The notes under the pieces: model-generated
What the model saw: the letters and a program-made list of their open reading frames with translations, nothing else
What the model was told of the DNA's origin: nothing
Databases searched by the model: none
Virus record (IMG/VR): IMGVR_UViG_3300037114_000023
Span: 1-54,605 of that record
DNA length: 54,605 nucleotides
Source of the DNA: a virus
Taxonomy: Duplodnaviria > Caudoviricetes
Reading direction: 5' to 3' (one strand)
Part shown: positions 35,940 through 46,885 of the stretch, in pieces
How positions within the stretch are numbered: the first letter of the stretch is position 1
Layout of the letters: every line of letters begins with the position of its first letter
Program-made: the position numbers and the translations under genes

Positions 35940-38900
35940 ATGCCTGACCAACTCACAATAGAACAGCTTTTACAAGGTACTCCAAAGATACCGGAGGAAG
36001 GCGGACTGGATTCGCCCGCGCCACAGTCGAAGGGTAATCAGCCAGCGAGCACGTTGACGCTGGAGGGTTTGCTCAAGGGGACACCAGGGGCGGATCAGGA
36101 CGCAGTTCCACAGACTACCGCAATGGGCACAGCCGCACGCGCCGCAGTCTCGAACATCGGACCGGGTGCGGCTGCGGCGGCGGCTTTTCCGATTGGCGCG
36201 GAAAAGGGCGCTGCGATAGGGGCGCTTGTGCCCGGTGCGGGGGAAACCGGATTGTCGGAAGCTGCTGGAGGGCTAATCGGTGGAACCATCGCGGCAGGCG
36301 CGGCGGCATGGGCGGCAGCAAAGGCCCAACACGCACTAGCCTCGACGCTGGCTCCCGAGACCACGGAGAAGTTCAACCAAGCGGAAGCCGCGGGCGAGGA
36401 AGCGCATCCCGTTGCGGGTGCGATCGGGCGGCTGGCCACCATGCTTCCAATGTTCGAGTTTGCTCCGCAGAACACGGTGGGCGGACTATCGGCGCTTTAC
36501 AAGGCGGCTCGTGGCGGGACGCTCACGGTGGCGGAGAAGCTGGCGGCCAAAACTACAGCGAGTCAGGTGGGATTGCAGACCGGTCTTGGGGTGGTTCAGC
36601 CATTGATGTTTGGAGAAAGCCCGACAAAGAAGGGGATTGCAGAGGCTTTTGTCCAGTCACTTTTGCTGGGGCATCCTCGATATGAGATTTTTGGCGCTCC
36701 GGCAGCGGAGGCCATTGGGAAGGAGGAGGCGGCGACGGACGCGCAGACCGAGAAAGCGCAGGGTGTCGTTCAAAATCCAGCCTCAATCTACAGTCCGCCG
36801 CCGCCGCCCGACTTGACGCCGGAACAGCGCGGGCAACTGTCGGAATTGGCGGCTCGCACGGCATCGGGCGCGCCGGAGGACGTGAACGACGCCCAGCATT
36901 TGAAACTAATGGGCGAGAATGAGAACGCCCGGAAGTATTACGAGCAGCAAAAGCAGGGTTGGGCGCAACTCATGGCCTACACGCTGGCCGGCAAGTCCAA
37001 GATTGAGACGGTGGGGGATGGTGGTCAGGAATCTCCGCAAGCGCAGCCTCAAAAGTGGTATTCCTCAAATGATTCCGTTGGTCCAAAGCAGACACCACAG
37101 GGCGATACAATTCACGGATTATCACTCAGCCAAGACCCGCTTTACGCCGGAGAGTATTCAAAGACTGGGCAGGTTCACGAATTCGACTTGTCTGGGGCAA
37201 AACTGAAACCTGTCAGTTTTGACTATGGGATGACCATTACCACCGACAAGTTGAATCAAATCAGGTCGGAGGGTTACGACGGGGTATCGTTCGATGGGAT
37301 GCATGGCCCGGAGGTCGCTCTGGTAAACGATGTGGCTAAAAAGACCGGAACCGTCAACGCCTTGCAGGAGAAATTCAACGAGGCGATTGCGGACGGCAGG
37401 CCAATAGGGCGAGTGGAGCAGAGGCTCTACGCAGTGAAGGGCTTGCAGTTGCCGGAGGTTTACCACCAGCAGGAGGATGGCTCATGGATACGCGCAACCG
37501 AACCTGGAAAGCCACCTGGCGGCGATGCTGCACGCCTCGAACAACTCCGCGCCATCCCAGAGTCCCAACGCACGCCGGAACAGGCCGCGGAATTCAACGC
37601 GCTTGTGGCTAAATCCGGTTCCGTTAAGGACCAGATGGCGGCTGAATTTGCGAAACTCAAGGCGGCACAACCAATAGTTGACCAACCGGTAAACAATCCG
37701 CCCGTGGCTCCCGGCGGCAGCACACCCGCGATGGCGGAGTGGACTAAACATCAGGGCGATCCCGCTGAATTAGTCCAGAGGATGCAAAACACGGCTGAAT
37801 CCGGCAAGGTGGCCGTGGCGACTGGCGAGGGCGGTGTTGGCAGGAAGTCCGCCACAATGTATCAGGATTTGACCGGCAAGCCCGCTGGCGAAGCCAAGGA
37901 GCTTGTGCGGCAGGACGTGGCTGGATCCAAGGAAGCCGGGGCGCAATCCCGCAAGCTGGTGGCCATGCTGTCCCCGGACAAGTCCCATGTTCTCGTCGGG
38001 ACGGCCAGCGAAACCAGGAGCGGCGAGACGCGGACTTTGAAGGTCTCGACCTACGATGTGGGTGCTGGCCGTAAATCGCCCGGCGGTGAGCATTTCGCCA
38101 GCAATTACGATAAAATGGTGGCGGATGGCTGGCAGCCGTTGGCGAGTCTGAAAACCGACAAACCGGCCAAGGGATTCTTCGCTACGTATTCGCCAGAGCA
38201 GTGGAAAACCATTGAGACGGAACTGCGGGCGAGCCATCAGGCGGCGCAACGCACGGCGGAGGCGATGGAGCAACACCTTGCGGCTGGCAAAGACTTTGGG
38301 CGCGACGTTACCGTTAACGCTGACGAAACCGGAGAACACCCCCCGGAGGAAGCGCCGACACCTGAAGCGGCGGTTGAACACCCGCCGGAACGGGTTGTAA
38401 CGGCTGAACATGCGGAGGCTATCGCAGAGGCAATCAAGGGCTTAAAACCCGAGGACATTGCCGACCAGAACTCGATGGCGTTAGCGATAAAGAAGGCCGG
38501 ACCGGATGCGGTCGAGGCTTTCAAGGTCATGGTTCGCCATGCCTTCGATGCCGGTTTTCCAGAAGATAAAGCGGTAAGTATCGTGCATGAAATACTTTAT
38601 GAACATTCAAGAAGCGGCGAAACGAGTGGGCCAGAAGTGGAAAAGTCCTTCCTACAGAAAGTCGGCCAGGGCGGCGATGAAAACGCTGGGAATAACACCG
38701 GGAAGCCTCCAGGTCCAGACACAGGACCAGGTAGCGAAGCAGCCGGAAATAAACCAGGCGCAAGCGGAACTGAAACGGGAGCAAACCCAGATGCAGAAGG
38801 TGGCGGCAAAGGAGGGAGCAAACCCAATCCCGCAGGTACTCCCCTCGGCACTCCCGCCAGCATAGCCGGAAAGACAGGTAAGATTTTTCTGCCGGCCAAG

Positions 38901-41900
38901 CTGGAAAGGCCGCATGACATCGTGGACGAGATTCAGGGTCAGGTGGGTAAGATACGGTCGCAGAATGCAGCCAAGCCCGGCACGGAGGATCATTACGCCA
39001 CAGACGCTTATAAGCAGGTTCGCAAGGCGTTTCCCAATATGTTCTCCGATACCGGCAGCACGGCGGACCAAGTGGTATCCGCGCTCATGCGAACCGGCCA
39101 CTTTCAGGAAGGGGCCACCGTGGATGATTTGTGGGATGCGATGCTGCGCGCGCGCGGCGAGCGGACGGCTCATGCCCGCGGCCAGTTGCCGGAACAGAAG
39201 GCGGACAAGTTTCAGCAGGCGGTATCGGATAATCTTGCCAAAAAGGGTAGCCACAAGCTGTCGGTCGGCGAACTGTCGGTCGGCGACACGTTCAGGATTA
39301 AAGGCGCGAGCTTCGAGGTAAACCATATTGATCCGGACACCGGAGAGGTCCAGGTAAAGGATGGCAAGAAATTCGGCTATCAAGTCATCCCGGATGGTGC
39401 GGACATAGCCGTGGATGCTGGTTCGCTAAAGCAAAATCCTCCGGAATCCGGCGGTGACGACCCGTTCTCGGACGAAAATGTCCGCAATCGCACGCGCCAG
39501 GCCAAGGAGGAAGTTGAGAATCTTCGCCCGGGGGACGCCCATACCGCGAGAACGCTGGACGTGGTTGAGCGCAACCTTACCGCACTCGGCATCAAGGTCA
39601 GGCGGATTATTGACCCGTTGGTTGACCATTTCAGCACAGGTTCGTACAAGGAACTCACCAATGGCCGGGGCAACGCGGAGAGGATTGTCACCTACTCGGT
39701 AGCTGACGCCCACAAGCCATCGGCTGACAGCCTCGTCAGTCTCTACCACGAGGTTTTGCACGCGATATTCGCCAGGGAAAGCCCGGAAATGCAGGCGGCG
39801 GCGCAACGGGCGGTGCGGGACGTGTCGAACGAGGAATTGGGAATCGGCAAGTTCAAGGAGCAAGTCCCTCAAAATTTACCGGAAAACGTGAGGGAAGGCG
39901 TCCAGCAGGAAGGGCGCATAGCGGAATCTCTGGCCCGAAAGCTGGTCAACGACGGATTTGACCCAGTGACCGCCAACAGCTTCATGCAACGCGCCGTGCG
40001 GCTGATACGGGACGTTTACAACGGCGCACTCATGGCACTGGCCAAGGTGGCGGGGTATCCCATCAGCCAGGAACGGGCACTGGCGTACTTCGAGAACCGG
40101 ATGAAGATGGTGGTTTCCGGCGATATGATGTCTTGGATTAACTTCCTCGGTGGACCAAGGATGAAGATGCCAGACTGGGACAGCCCGAACATCGGCGGCG
40201 TGGAGCGTTACCGCAGCATCAACTCAGTCAGTAACCCGCGCAAGTATCTGGACACCAAAGAGGGCGCACCGACGGGAATTGCCGCACTCAACCACTTTTT
40301 GACTTCGATGAAGGCCATCGCCCATGAGTGGGGCGTCTCCGCTGGCAATCTCGCCGGCATGACGGACGAGCAGGTCATGGCACGATATATCAACCTGCCG
40401 GAAAAGCTGGGCGACCAGGATTTGTTCACGAACGGCGACACGCCGCAAAGCCTGATCGCCGACGCGGTAAAGCAACACGGCGTTAGTCCAGACACTAAAA
40501 TTAGTGATTTGCCTAACGACGTGGCCAAACAACGGGCCTTGGTTGTGACACACGGAATGCTGTCCGCGGTGAAGGCGGAAATGGAGGGTGTCGCAGGCGA
40601 GGCTCGCACGCAATGGAACAAGGACGCTAACGCATTGGAGCGCAATACCAGCCAACTTGACCGCCTGGCCAGTCATTACGTGGACATTGATTACATGGCC
40701 AGGACGGCCAGGGACTCGATGCTGCAACTCGTCAAGGACGTTACCGGCGCCGTCCGGGGCATCCGGGATGTCTCGGCGAGAAAAGGCGAGGTCGAACAGA
40801 CCTTGGCGCAACTGGACCCTGCCAGCCAACTCAACGGCCAGTTGACGGCGCCGTACCGGAAGGCACTTGATGTAATACAAAAACGGCTGTCCGGCGAAGT
40901 GACCACGAATTTCGCGGATGCTCTGCAAACCATTGGCAGCATGGACATTGACTGGAAACGACCGAGCCATGACATTGCCAATGACTTGCTCGCCAAACAC
41001 AGTGAGAACCCGGAATTGAACCATGCGCTTCGGGAATTCCTTGGGGACAATCCGGAGTCGAAGGCGTTGCTGTCCACGTTGATTGCCTACGGTAAGGCCA
41101 ACAGTCATATGATGGACATGCTCGCGCTCCGGGCCGACCGCGCCAGCGAGAATAAGATTGAGGCTAACCAGATTTTGCGGGACATGGTGGGCGCGAGCAA
41201 GGGAATGCTCGCGGAACTCAAGCAGCGCATCAATTCCACGTTCGGGAAAAACATGCGGATGCGCGACCGGATGCTCCGGATTTCCGATAAGATGGATGAT
41301 TTGAGCGACCGCAACCATGACCTGTTGGACTCCATTGCCCGCAATAAATCGCTGGTGGACTTTCATGAGGACATTTTTAAACCGGCGGTGAACGGGGAAC
41401 TTGCGGCCGTAGAGAAGGAAACCGGCATCACGCTCAAGAATTTCGAGGTTGTGCATGACGCCGAAGTCTCCGTCCCTGCCAAGCCCGATGCGACCCCGGA
41501 CCAGTTCGCAACGAGAACGCTTAAAATTCGCACAGCCTTGGGCAAGCGCGGCGATTTGCCGACGCCATCGGCGGAGGTCATCGGCTGGCAGCGATCAATT
41601 CAAAAGTGGCTGGACAATCCGGAGAACCTGAAGTACGGGGCCAAATACAACGAGATGGCGGACGTGGCGCTGAAACTGAAAAACCACGCCATCAGCAATG
41701 AACACCTGAATATCAAAACGAATTTCCTGGAACGGATGCTCGCGCCGATACAGGACCGATGCCGACAGGCCGGGACAGAGGCGGCGCGATTGGCTGGGCA
41801 GGGGTTTAATAAATTCTCGTCGCTCGTCCGTGGCAAGCGGGAAATGGCCGTCCAGACCGGCACCAATTTTTCCGCGCAACTCAGCCGGGCAAAGAAGGCG

Positions 41901-44900
41901 TTGGGCTATCCCAACGTCGAAAACGGCGTCTTTTGGAAAACCATTATCTCGCCGCAGCTTCACGCCTTGCAGGATCGGGCGGACATCTGGGGGACTGCCA
42001 AGACGGAAAAGGAAATGATTGACCGGGCAGTCAACGCTGTCGCGGATGCCTTGAAGCTGAAAGACCCAGCCGCCAGGGATGCGGTTTCCAAGCTCATTCG
42101 GATTCACGCGGACAACTCGACCGAACTCCGCAACCACGGCGCGGAACTGGGGAACAAAGTCAAGGACATCGGCGGCGCACCTAAGAGCAGCATCTTCCGT
42201 CTGGCGCTGGGCGTTGCTCCCCTTGTGCTGCCCAGGGCGACCACGGCTCAGGCGATTGATTTTTACCACGAACACATGGGGCGGTCATGGGGTGGTGATA
42301 AATTGGATCTTCCGGCAATACGGGACATGTACGACAAAGACCCGGATCAGTTGCGGGCATCGCTGCAAAACCGGTTTACCAAGCCGGTGTGGGATTGGTT
42401 CGTGAAGTCACTGGCCGAAAATGACAAGCCGCACTTCTCGGCACCGCCGGAGAATGGTCTTTCCCCGCTGGCCGACCGCGAGAACATCATTAAGGCATAC
42501 CAAGGGGCGCACGGCGATCCTGTGGCGTTTGCCGAACTGATTGCCGCGCTGCACGACCACAAGGCCGATGGCGCTTTCGTGGCCGACACCTTGGATACCA
42601 TGCAGAATTTCAGCAACTTGCTGCGAACCATGGCCGGTGACGAGGCGGAGTCCGTGACGCGGGGAAGTCCAAACCCGCCGCGCTTCATCGTGGACGCCCG
42701 GCATTGGGAAGCCGCGCCGAAAGAGTGGTGGGATTACCTGATGACCGACCAGAACACCATGCTCCGGGTGATTAACGGGCAGGCGCACCAAGCGGCCTTT
42801 GGTCGAAATGGCGAGGCTCAGGACAATCTGCTGTCCACCGCCATGAACGAGCAGCGGGAATTCTACACGAAATATCAGGCATGGCGACAGGAAGCGCAGA
42901 ATGTCAATCCCGGCATCAAAGAACGGGAGTTGCAGGCCATGTTGAAGGCGCGCGCGGAGAAGGAGGGTATTTCCTTCGACGCGCTTAAAAACGCCAAGCG
43001 AAACTTGAACGGTTTGACCAACGCCGCTCAGCATTACGACGCCATTCAGTCCATGAACAATTCCGGCAAGATACCGGAACTCCTGCCGTGGCTCCGGGTG
43101 TTGCATACGATTGCCGGCGGGACGGTGGCCGGTGCCGGTACAGCGATCACGGCGCACAGCGTCTTTCTGGAGCAGCCGGCGAGACACCTTGGGTTCGGCC
43201 CGCGCTCGCTGGCGATGACCGGGCGTGCCATCACCGATTTGGCCGGCACGATGGCGAATTCATTGTTGCAGGCGTTCGGTCATTCCGTGGTTTACGAGGC
43301 GCGGCGCACGCTGGACGCCAATGATGGCGGCATCTATGACCCGATTAACACCAATAAAGACCGCTACACGGTGGCCTATGAACACGCGCACGCGGCTTAC
43401 CGCGACTCCAGCAGGCTCGGGCAGACGGTCGGCACCGCAGCGGATGTCGGGGCGGCGGCGATGCAACATGACGTGTGGGGGCCGGGAGCGCGGGAGAAGG
43501 CATTGGCGCGGCAGGCGGCGGGGCAGCCGGTGGCGCCCAGCCTCAAGGCGTTGTCGCCCTTCCATTGGATTGCCAAATGCCTGGAGATTTCCAACTTCAT
43601 CACCTGGGAGCGGCATATTGAGGGTATGGTCGCGGCCGGGGCGAATCATTTTGAGTCAAACCCGGAACACTACGCGGACAATGATTTCAGGTTCACGCCC
43701 AAAACCCTCAACGGCTTCAATCCCGGCGACCGCGAGTTTAATTTTCTGAGTGACCGTCTGGCGCAGTACGGGGCGAGCATCGAGCAGCTTTCGCGGGAAG
43801 CCTATGACAATCGCGGGACCAGCAAGCCGATGTTGTCCCATGAAATGCGGAAGAACATCCAGCAGGTCGTGCTGAACGAGATAACGCTGGAATCGTCACT
43901 GACGAGCCGGATGCCGTCACTCCAAACCAAGGGACTCGGCACGGCGATGAATCCGTTTCTGGGGTGGCCGCTGCAAAAGACCTATCAGGTTATGCGGGGG
44001 TTCCGGCAACCGGACGGCGTGGCTTCGGCTTTCCGAAACGGGCTGACGCCATACCTGGCGATCCTGCCGCTGGGCATGGCGGCGGCATGGCTCCGCAACA
44101 AGTTCGACGAGGACGTGCTGGGGAGGAAGCAGAATGTTTCAGACATCAGCCAGATACATGACGTGAAATCCGGCCTAATGACCGCCCTGGACAATGCGAG
44201 CCGCGTGGGAACCTTCGGACTGCTGGGCGAGGGAGCGAATTACTTTTTGAGCAACGACAACGTGCGACCGCTCTCGGTGGACAACCGGATTTTCTTCCTG
44301 AACACCTTGGAAAACGCTTTCAATGCCGCGCGCGGTTTGTATCAGCAGACCGGCCCGCAAATTATGGCTGGAAACTTCGAGGGTGCGGAAAAAACCGCGA
44401 CGGATTATCAGACGGTCTGGAGGCCGATAATTCAATCGCTGGGCGGCAATGGATTGCTGCAAAACCTGGGTGCGGTGAATCATCTCCTGGCGATTGACGA
44501 CGCGGAAGCCCGCGTGAGCAACCGCATCTCGGTGAACAATTACCTGCGGGTGGCTGGCCGCGAACTGAATCTCGATGTCCGCACGTTTGGCGGGATGATG
44601 TCCGATCAGAGCGTGCCGGGTCCGATCAAGCCGTTTGTGGGAAAGATGGTGTTGGCGGCTTACGCGAACAACAGCGAGGACTTCAATTCCTCGATGCGCG
44701 ATGCGGTGCGGCAGGCGAAAACCGAGGGCATGACCTCCGACCAGGCGATGAAAAAAGTGGTGGGCATGTACGAGGCGCAAAGCCCGATCCGGATCGTGTT
44801 CAAATCTCCGCCGACGGAAATGGAATACCGGAAGCTCATCGCTCAACTGCCAGACAACGGGAAGCAATCCGTGCAACAATCCATCGCGCTATTCAACCAT

Positions 44901-45035
44901 TTTGGCCAGCAGATTGGCGCGAACCCAGTGACGTTCGGGAAGGACAAGGCGGATAAGCCTATCATTTTCGACTCCGGGGCTTCTTCGGTTTTGAATCGGC
45001 TGCGGGGGCAAAGGGCTACGGTTGGGGCGTTTTAG
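35940..45035 (+). CDS. Giant internal virion polyvalent protein (ART-like and HExxH domains)
   Basis: 3031 aa; Gly/Ala hydrophobic N region; GLSLSQDPLYAGEY...GYDGV...E; LYHEVLHA. Confidence 0.7.
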   Translation: MPDQLTIEQLLQGTPKIPEEGGLDSPAPQSKGNQPASTLTLEGLLKGTPGADQDAVPQTTAMGTAARAAVSNIGPGAAAAAAFPIGAEKGAAIGALVPGAGETGLSEAAGGLIGGTIAAGAAAWAAAKAQHALASTLAPETTEKFNQAEAAGEEAHPVAGAIGRLATMLPMFEFAPQNTVGGLSALYKAARGGTLTVAEKLAAKTTASQVGLQTGLGVVQPLMFGESPTKKGIAEAFVQSLLLGHPRYEIFGAPAAEAIGKEEAATDAQTEKAQGVVQNPASIYSPPPPPDLTPEQRGQLSELAARTASGAPEDVNDAQHLKLMGENENARKYYEQQKQGWAQLMAYTLAGKSKIETVGDGGQESPQAQPQKWYSSNDSVGPKQTPQGDTIHGLSLSQDPLYAGEYSKTGQVHEFDLSGAKLKPVSFDYGMTITTDKLNQIRSEGYDGVSFDGMHGPEVALVNDVAKKTGTVNALQEKFNEAIADGRPIGRVEQRLYAVKGLQLPEVYHQQEDGSWIRATEPGKPPGGDAARLEQLRAIPESQRTPEQAAEFNALVAKSGSVKDQMAAEFAKLKAAQPIVDQPVNNPPVAPGGSTPAMAEWTKHQGDPAELVQRMQNTAESGKVAVATGEGGVGRKSATMYQDLTGKPAGEAKELVRQDVAGSKEAGAQSRKLVAMLSPDKSHVLVGTASETRSGETRTLKVSTYDVGAGRKSPGGEHFASNYDKMVADGWQPLASLKTDKPAKGFFATYSPEQWKTIETELRASHQAAQRTAEAMEQHLAAGKDFGRDVTVNADETGEHPPEEAPTPEAAVEHPPERVVTAEHAEAIAEAIKGLKPEDIADQNSMALAIKKAGPDAVEAFKVMVRHAFDAGFPEDKAVSIVHEILYEHSRSGETSGPEVEKSFLQKVGQGGDENAGNNTGKPPGPDTGPGSEAAGNKPGASGTETGANPDAEGGGKGGSKPNPAGTPLGTPASIAGKTGKIFLPAKLERPHDIVDEIQGQVGKIRSQNAAKPGTEDHYATDAYKQVRKAFPNMFSDTGSTADQVVSALMRTGHFQEGATVDDLWDAMLRARGERTAHARGQLPEQKADKFQQAVSDNLAKKGSHKLSVGELSVGDTFRIKGASFEVNHIDPDTGEVQVKDGKKFGYQVIPDGADIAVDAGSLKQNPPESGGDDPFSDENVRNRTRQAKEEVENLRPGDAHTARTLDVVERNLTALGIKVRRIIDPLVDHFSTGSYKELTNGRGNAERIVTYSVADAHKPSADSLVSLYHEVLHAIFARESPEMQAAAQRAVRDVSNEELGIGKFKEQVPQNLPENVREGVQQEGRIAESLARKLVNDGFDPVTANSFMQRAVRLIRDVYNGALMALAKVAGYPISQERALAYFENRMKMVVSGDMMSWINFLGGPRMKMPDWDSPNIGGVERYRSINSVSNPRKYLDTKEGAPTGIAALNHFLTSMKAIAHEWGVSAGNLAGMTDEQVMARYINLPEKLGDQDLFTNGDTPQSLIADAVKQHGVSPDTKISDLPNDVAKQRALVVTHGMLSAVKAEMEGVAGEARTQWNKDANALERNTSQLDRLASHYVDIDYMARTARDSMLQLVKDVTGAVRGIRDVSARKGEVEQTLAQLDPASQLNGQLTAPYRKALDVIQKRLSGEVTTNFADALQTIGSMDIDWKRPSHDIANDLLAKHSENPELNHALREFLGDNPESKALLSTLIAYGKANSHMMDMLALRADRASENKIEANQILRDMVGASKGMLAELKQRINSTFGKNMRMRDRMLRISDKMDDLSDRNHDLLDSIARNKSLVDFHEDIFKPAVNGELAAVEKETGITLKNFEVVHDAEVSVPAKPDATPDQFATRTLKIRTALGKRGDLPTPSAEVIGWQRSIQKWLDNPENLKYGAKYNEMADVALKLKNHAISNEHLNIKTNFLERMLAPIQDRCRQAGTEAARLAGQGFNKFSSLVRGKREMAVQTGTNFSAQLSRAKKALGYPNVENGVFWKTIISPQLHALQDRADIWGTAKTEKEMIDRAVNAVADALKLKDPAARDAVSKLIRIHADNSTELRNHGAELGNKVKDIGGAPKSSIFRLALGVAPLVLPRATTAQAIDFYHEHMGRSWGGDKLDLPAIRDMYDKDPDQLRASLQNRFTKPVWDWFVKSLAENDKPHFSAPPENGLSPLADRENIIKAYQGAHGDPVAFAELIAALHDHKADGAFVADTLDTMQNFSNLLRTMAGDEAESVTRGSPNPPRFIVDARHWEAAPKEWWDYLMTDQNTMLRVINGQAHQAAFGRNGEAQDNLLSTAMNEQREFYTKYQAWRQEAQNVNPGIKERELQAMLKARAEKEGISFDALKNAKRNLNGLTNAAQHYDAIQSMNNSGKIPELLPWLRVLHTIAGGTVAGAGTAITAHSVFLEQPARHLGFGPRSLAMTGRAITDLAGTMANSLLQAFGHSVVYEARRTLDANDGGIYDPINTNKDRYTVAYEHAHAAYRDSSRLGQTVGTAADVGAAAMQHDVWGPGAREKALARQAAGQPVAPSLKALSPFHWIAKCLEISNFITWERHIEGMVAAGANHFESNPEHYADNDFRFTPKTLNGFNPGDREFNFLSDRLAQYGASIEQLSREAYDNRGTSKPMLSHEMRKNIQQVVLNEITLESSLTSRMPSLQTKGLGTAMNPFLGWPLQKTYQVMRGFRQPDGVASAFRNGLTPYLAILPLGMAAAWLRNKFDEDVLGRKQNVSDISQIHDVKSGLMTALDNASRVGTFGLLGEGANYFLSNDNVRPLSVDNRIFFLNTLENAFNAARGLYQQTGPQIMAGNFEGAEKTATDYQTVWRPIIQSLGGNGLLQNLGAVNHLLAIDDAEARVSNRISVNNYLRVAGRELNLDVRTFGGMMSDQSVPGPIKPFVGKMVLAAYANNSEDFNSSMRDAVRQAKTEGMTSDQAMKKVVGMYEAQSPIRIVFKSPPTEMEYRKLIAQLPDNGKQSVQQSIALFNHFGQQIGANPVTFGKDKADKPIIFDSGASSVLNRLRGQRATVGAF

Positions 45036-45591
45036 AAAACCCCATGCTCTCCAGCCACTCTTTAATTTCGTGCGCGGGCTTTCCTGCGGCAGCCAACCTT
45101 TCCATGAGTGCTTCGGCATGGCGATCCAGCAACTCTTTTCGAGTTTTCGGTTCATCAACCGCGAAGATTCTGGCGATGCTGTCCTTTGTGATTGGCTCGC
45201 GGACAGCCGTGCCTTCGATTCGGTGCGGGATGTGGCCAAATCCGGCGGCGACCGCACCGTCTGGGTCTGGCCTTGGTTGAAATGAGCAATGGTCAATCTC
45301 GCGTTCCCAAGTTCCGAGCAGTTGTTGATTGAAATATAAAGGATCGTCTCCATTGCGACGGCGTTCCCGACGCACGGCGTATAGTCGCTCAAACAGAGAA
45401 TCCAGATTGATGTCTCCGGGAATTATCGGAAGCTGTTCAGCCATCCGCAGTTGCTCCATGATGCCGGTGGTGGACTCAATAAAAGCGGCTTGGAATGGCA
45501 GTAATTGGGCAGACATCCACCGCCTGCGCTGCCGTGCGGCCTCGCGTTGCGGGCAAACCGTTCCGTAAACTTTTGTCCAAGTTGGTCTCAC
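45016..45591 (-). CDS. Hypothetical protein
   Basis: Last gene of the minus operon; convergent overlap with the giant ORF. Confidence 0.6.
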   Translation of the reverse strand: MRPTWTKVYGTVCPQREAARQRRRWMSAQLLPFQAAFIESTTGIMEQLRMAEQLPIIPGDINLDSLFERLYAVRRERRRNGDDPLYFNQQLLGTWEREIDHCSFQPRPDPDGAVAAGFGHIPHRIEGTAVREPITKDSIARIFAVDEPKTRKELLDRHAEALMERLAAAGKPAHEIKEWLESMGFSKTPQP

Positions 45592-45764
45592 GCGACAACC
45601 TTACCCTGCTTCGCCAGGATTTCAACCTCGTAGGATGATCCAGTACACCAGCGTTTGATTTTCCGGTTCTTATGCGCCTCGGGAAAAACGAATACGCTGT
45701 TTCTCTCGTGACGCGCGGAAACCTTTCGACCGCAGACTTTGCAGATGACTCGGAGGACGCTCAC
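45588..45764 (-). CDS. Small Zn-finger-like protein (58 aa)
   Basis: CKVCGR...H...WC; GTGA-coupled at both ends. Confidence 0.55.
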   Translation of the reverse strand: MSVLRVICKVCGRKVSARHERNSVFVFPEAHKNRKIKRWCTGSSYEVEILAKQGKVVA

Positions 45765-46048
45765 GCCTTCCCCTCCGTCTCTTTCTTCGGCAGCACTTTG
45801 TCGAGCGCGGCGAGGGCTTCATCCCATTTTTTAGCAGAGGTGGTTCGTGACAGCAGTTGATTGCGAACCGGTTGCCATGCTTTAAATGCCTCTCTCGCCA
45901 ACTCCATCGCCTCTTGCGGCGCGGTAAAGTGGCGGGTGATAATGAGGGCTAGAACGTTCCTTGTAAAAGGACTGCTACCGCCAATTTCTTTCTGTATCTC
46001 CTCCGCCGCGTTAACAGCGAATGGAAGGGGTTGGGTGGGTTCGCTCAT
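45761..46048 (-). CDS. Hypothetical protein
   Basis: Coupled ORF starting MSEPTQ. Confidence 0.6.
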   Translation of the reverse strand: MSEPTQPLPFAVNAAEEIQKEIGGSSPFTRNVLALIITRHFTAPQEAMELAREAFKAWQPVRNQLLSRTTSAKKWDEALAALDKVLPKKETEGKA

Positions 46049-46488
46049 AAATTCAGGTTCTTCACCCATTTCATTTTTTGTTCCTGCGGCTGGTCAGTCC
46101 GTCTGTCGGGCCGCGTCTGCCAACTGCCATTTTTGGTCATGCCTTCACACTTCCAGCCCGAAGCCTTTAAACTAGTTCCGAGTTCAGTTTGAAGTATGAA
46201 TGTCTGGATTGATTTGAAAGCCAACTCCTTTGCCGCACGAGCTGCTTGAGCATAGAGGAATGAGCAGGCATTGGGCGTTCCGTCAGTTGTCAGGCGGGTA
46301 ACTTCCGCAATGTTTTTCTGGTCTGTTTGGCGAGCGACCGGCCTGCCAACGATAACACACCCCACAAGCCTACCGTTTACCGCCGCGCCAATACTGAATC
46401 TGTGGCCGACAACGGGCTTGTGATGGCGATGTAATTTTGCCACGAACTCATTTGCCTCAGTCAATTCGATTCTCACAGCTTTCAGCAT
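46045..46488 (-). CDS. XF1762-family GNAT/Mom-like protein
   Basis: EANEFVAKLHRHHKPVVGHRFSIG...GRPVAR...EVTRL.TDGTPNACSFLY. Confidence 0.8.
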   Translation of the reverse strand: MLKAVRIELTEANEFVAKLHRHHKPVVGHRFSIGAAVNGRLVGCVIVGRPVARQTDQKNIAEVTRLTTDGTPNACSFLYAQAARAAKELAFKSIQTFILQTELGTSLKASGWKCEGMTKNGSWQTRPDRRTDQPQEQKMKWVKNLNL

Positions 46489-46492
46489 AAAT

Positions 46493-46885
46493 TCATTCCG
46501 CTGGTTGTTTGGTTGGGGTTGGTGGGTTGAGGGCTTTCTGTGCATACTTATTTATCAATTCGTGAACAGAACTATTACGAATATACGACCGGCCAAGCGA
46601 TTCAATCTTTTGTAACTCCACCCTCATAGTCGCACAATCAGCTTCGAGTTGTCGGATTGTGTTTCGTAGCAGGGTTTGTGCGTCGTCCACTTCTTCGATT
46701 AGTTGCTGCTGGCCCCATATATTTGACCATTCAGGGCTGAGGCCAGTGACAAGGAAATAAACTTGATTCAACGCTTCTTCGTGCTGGTCGCGTTGGTCAA
46801 TTGTGTTCGAGTGGGCAGATTCCTCTCTCTGCAAGGCTTCTTCAAGCCGCTGGCACTTTTCGGTTAGTTGTTCAATCTCGGTCAT
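46493..46885 (-). CDS. Coiled-coil hypothetical protein
   Basis: Helical, Glu rich. Confidence 0.6.
   Translation of the reverse strand: MTEIEQLTEKCQRLEEALQREESAHSNTIDQRDQHEEALNQVYFLVTGLSPEWSNIWGQQQLIEEVDDAQTLLRNTIRQLEADCATMRVELQKIESLGRSYIRNSSVHELINKYAQKALNPPTPTKQPAE

Noticed and set aside
35940-45035. N4- or crAss-like virion RNA polymerase
   Set aside because: I found no DxDGD or convincing single-subunit polymerase motifs by eye; a profile search is needed to exclude it fully
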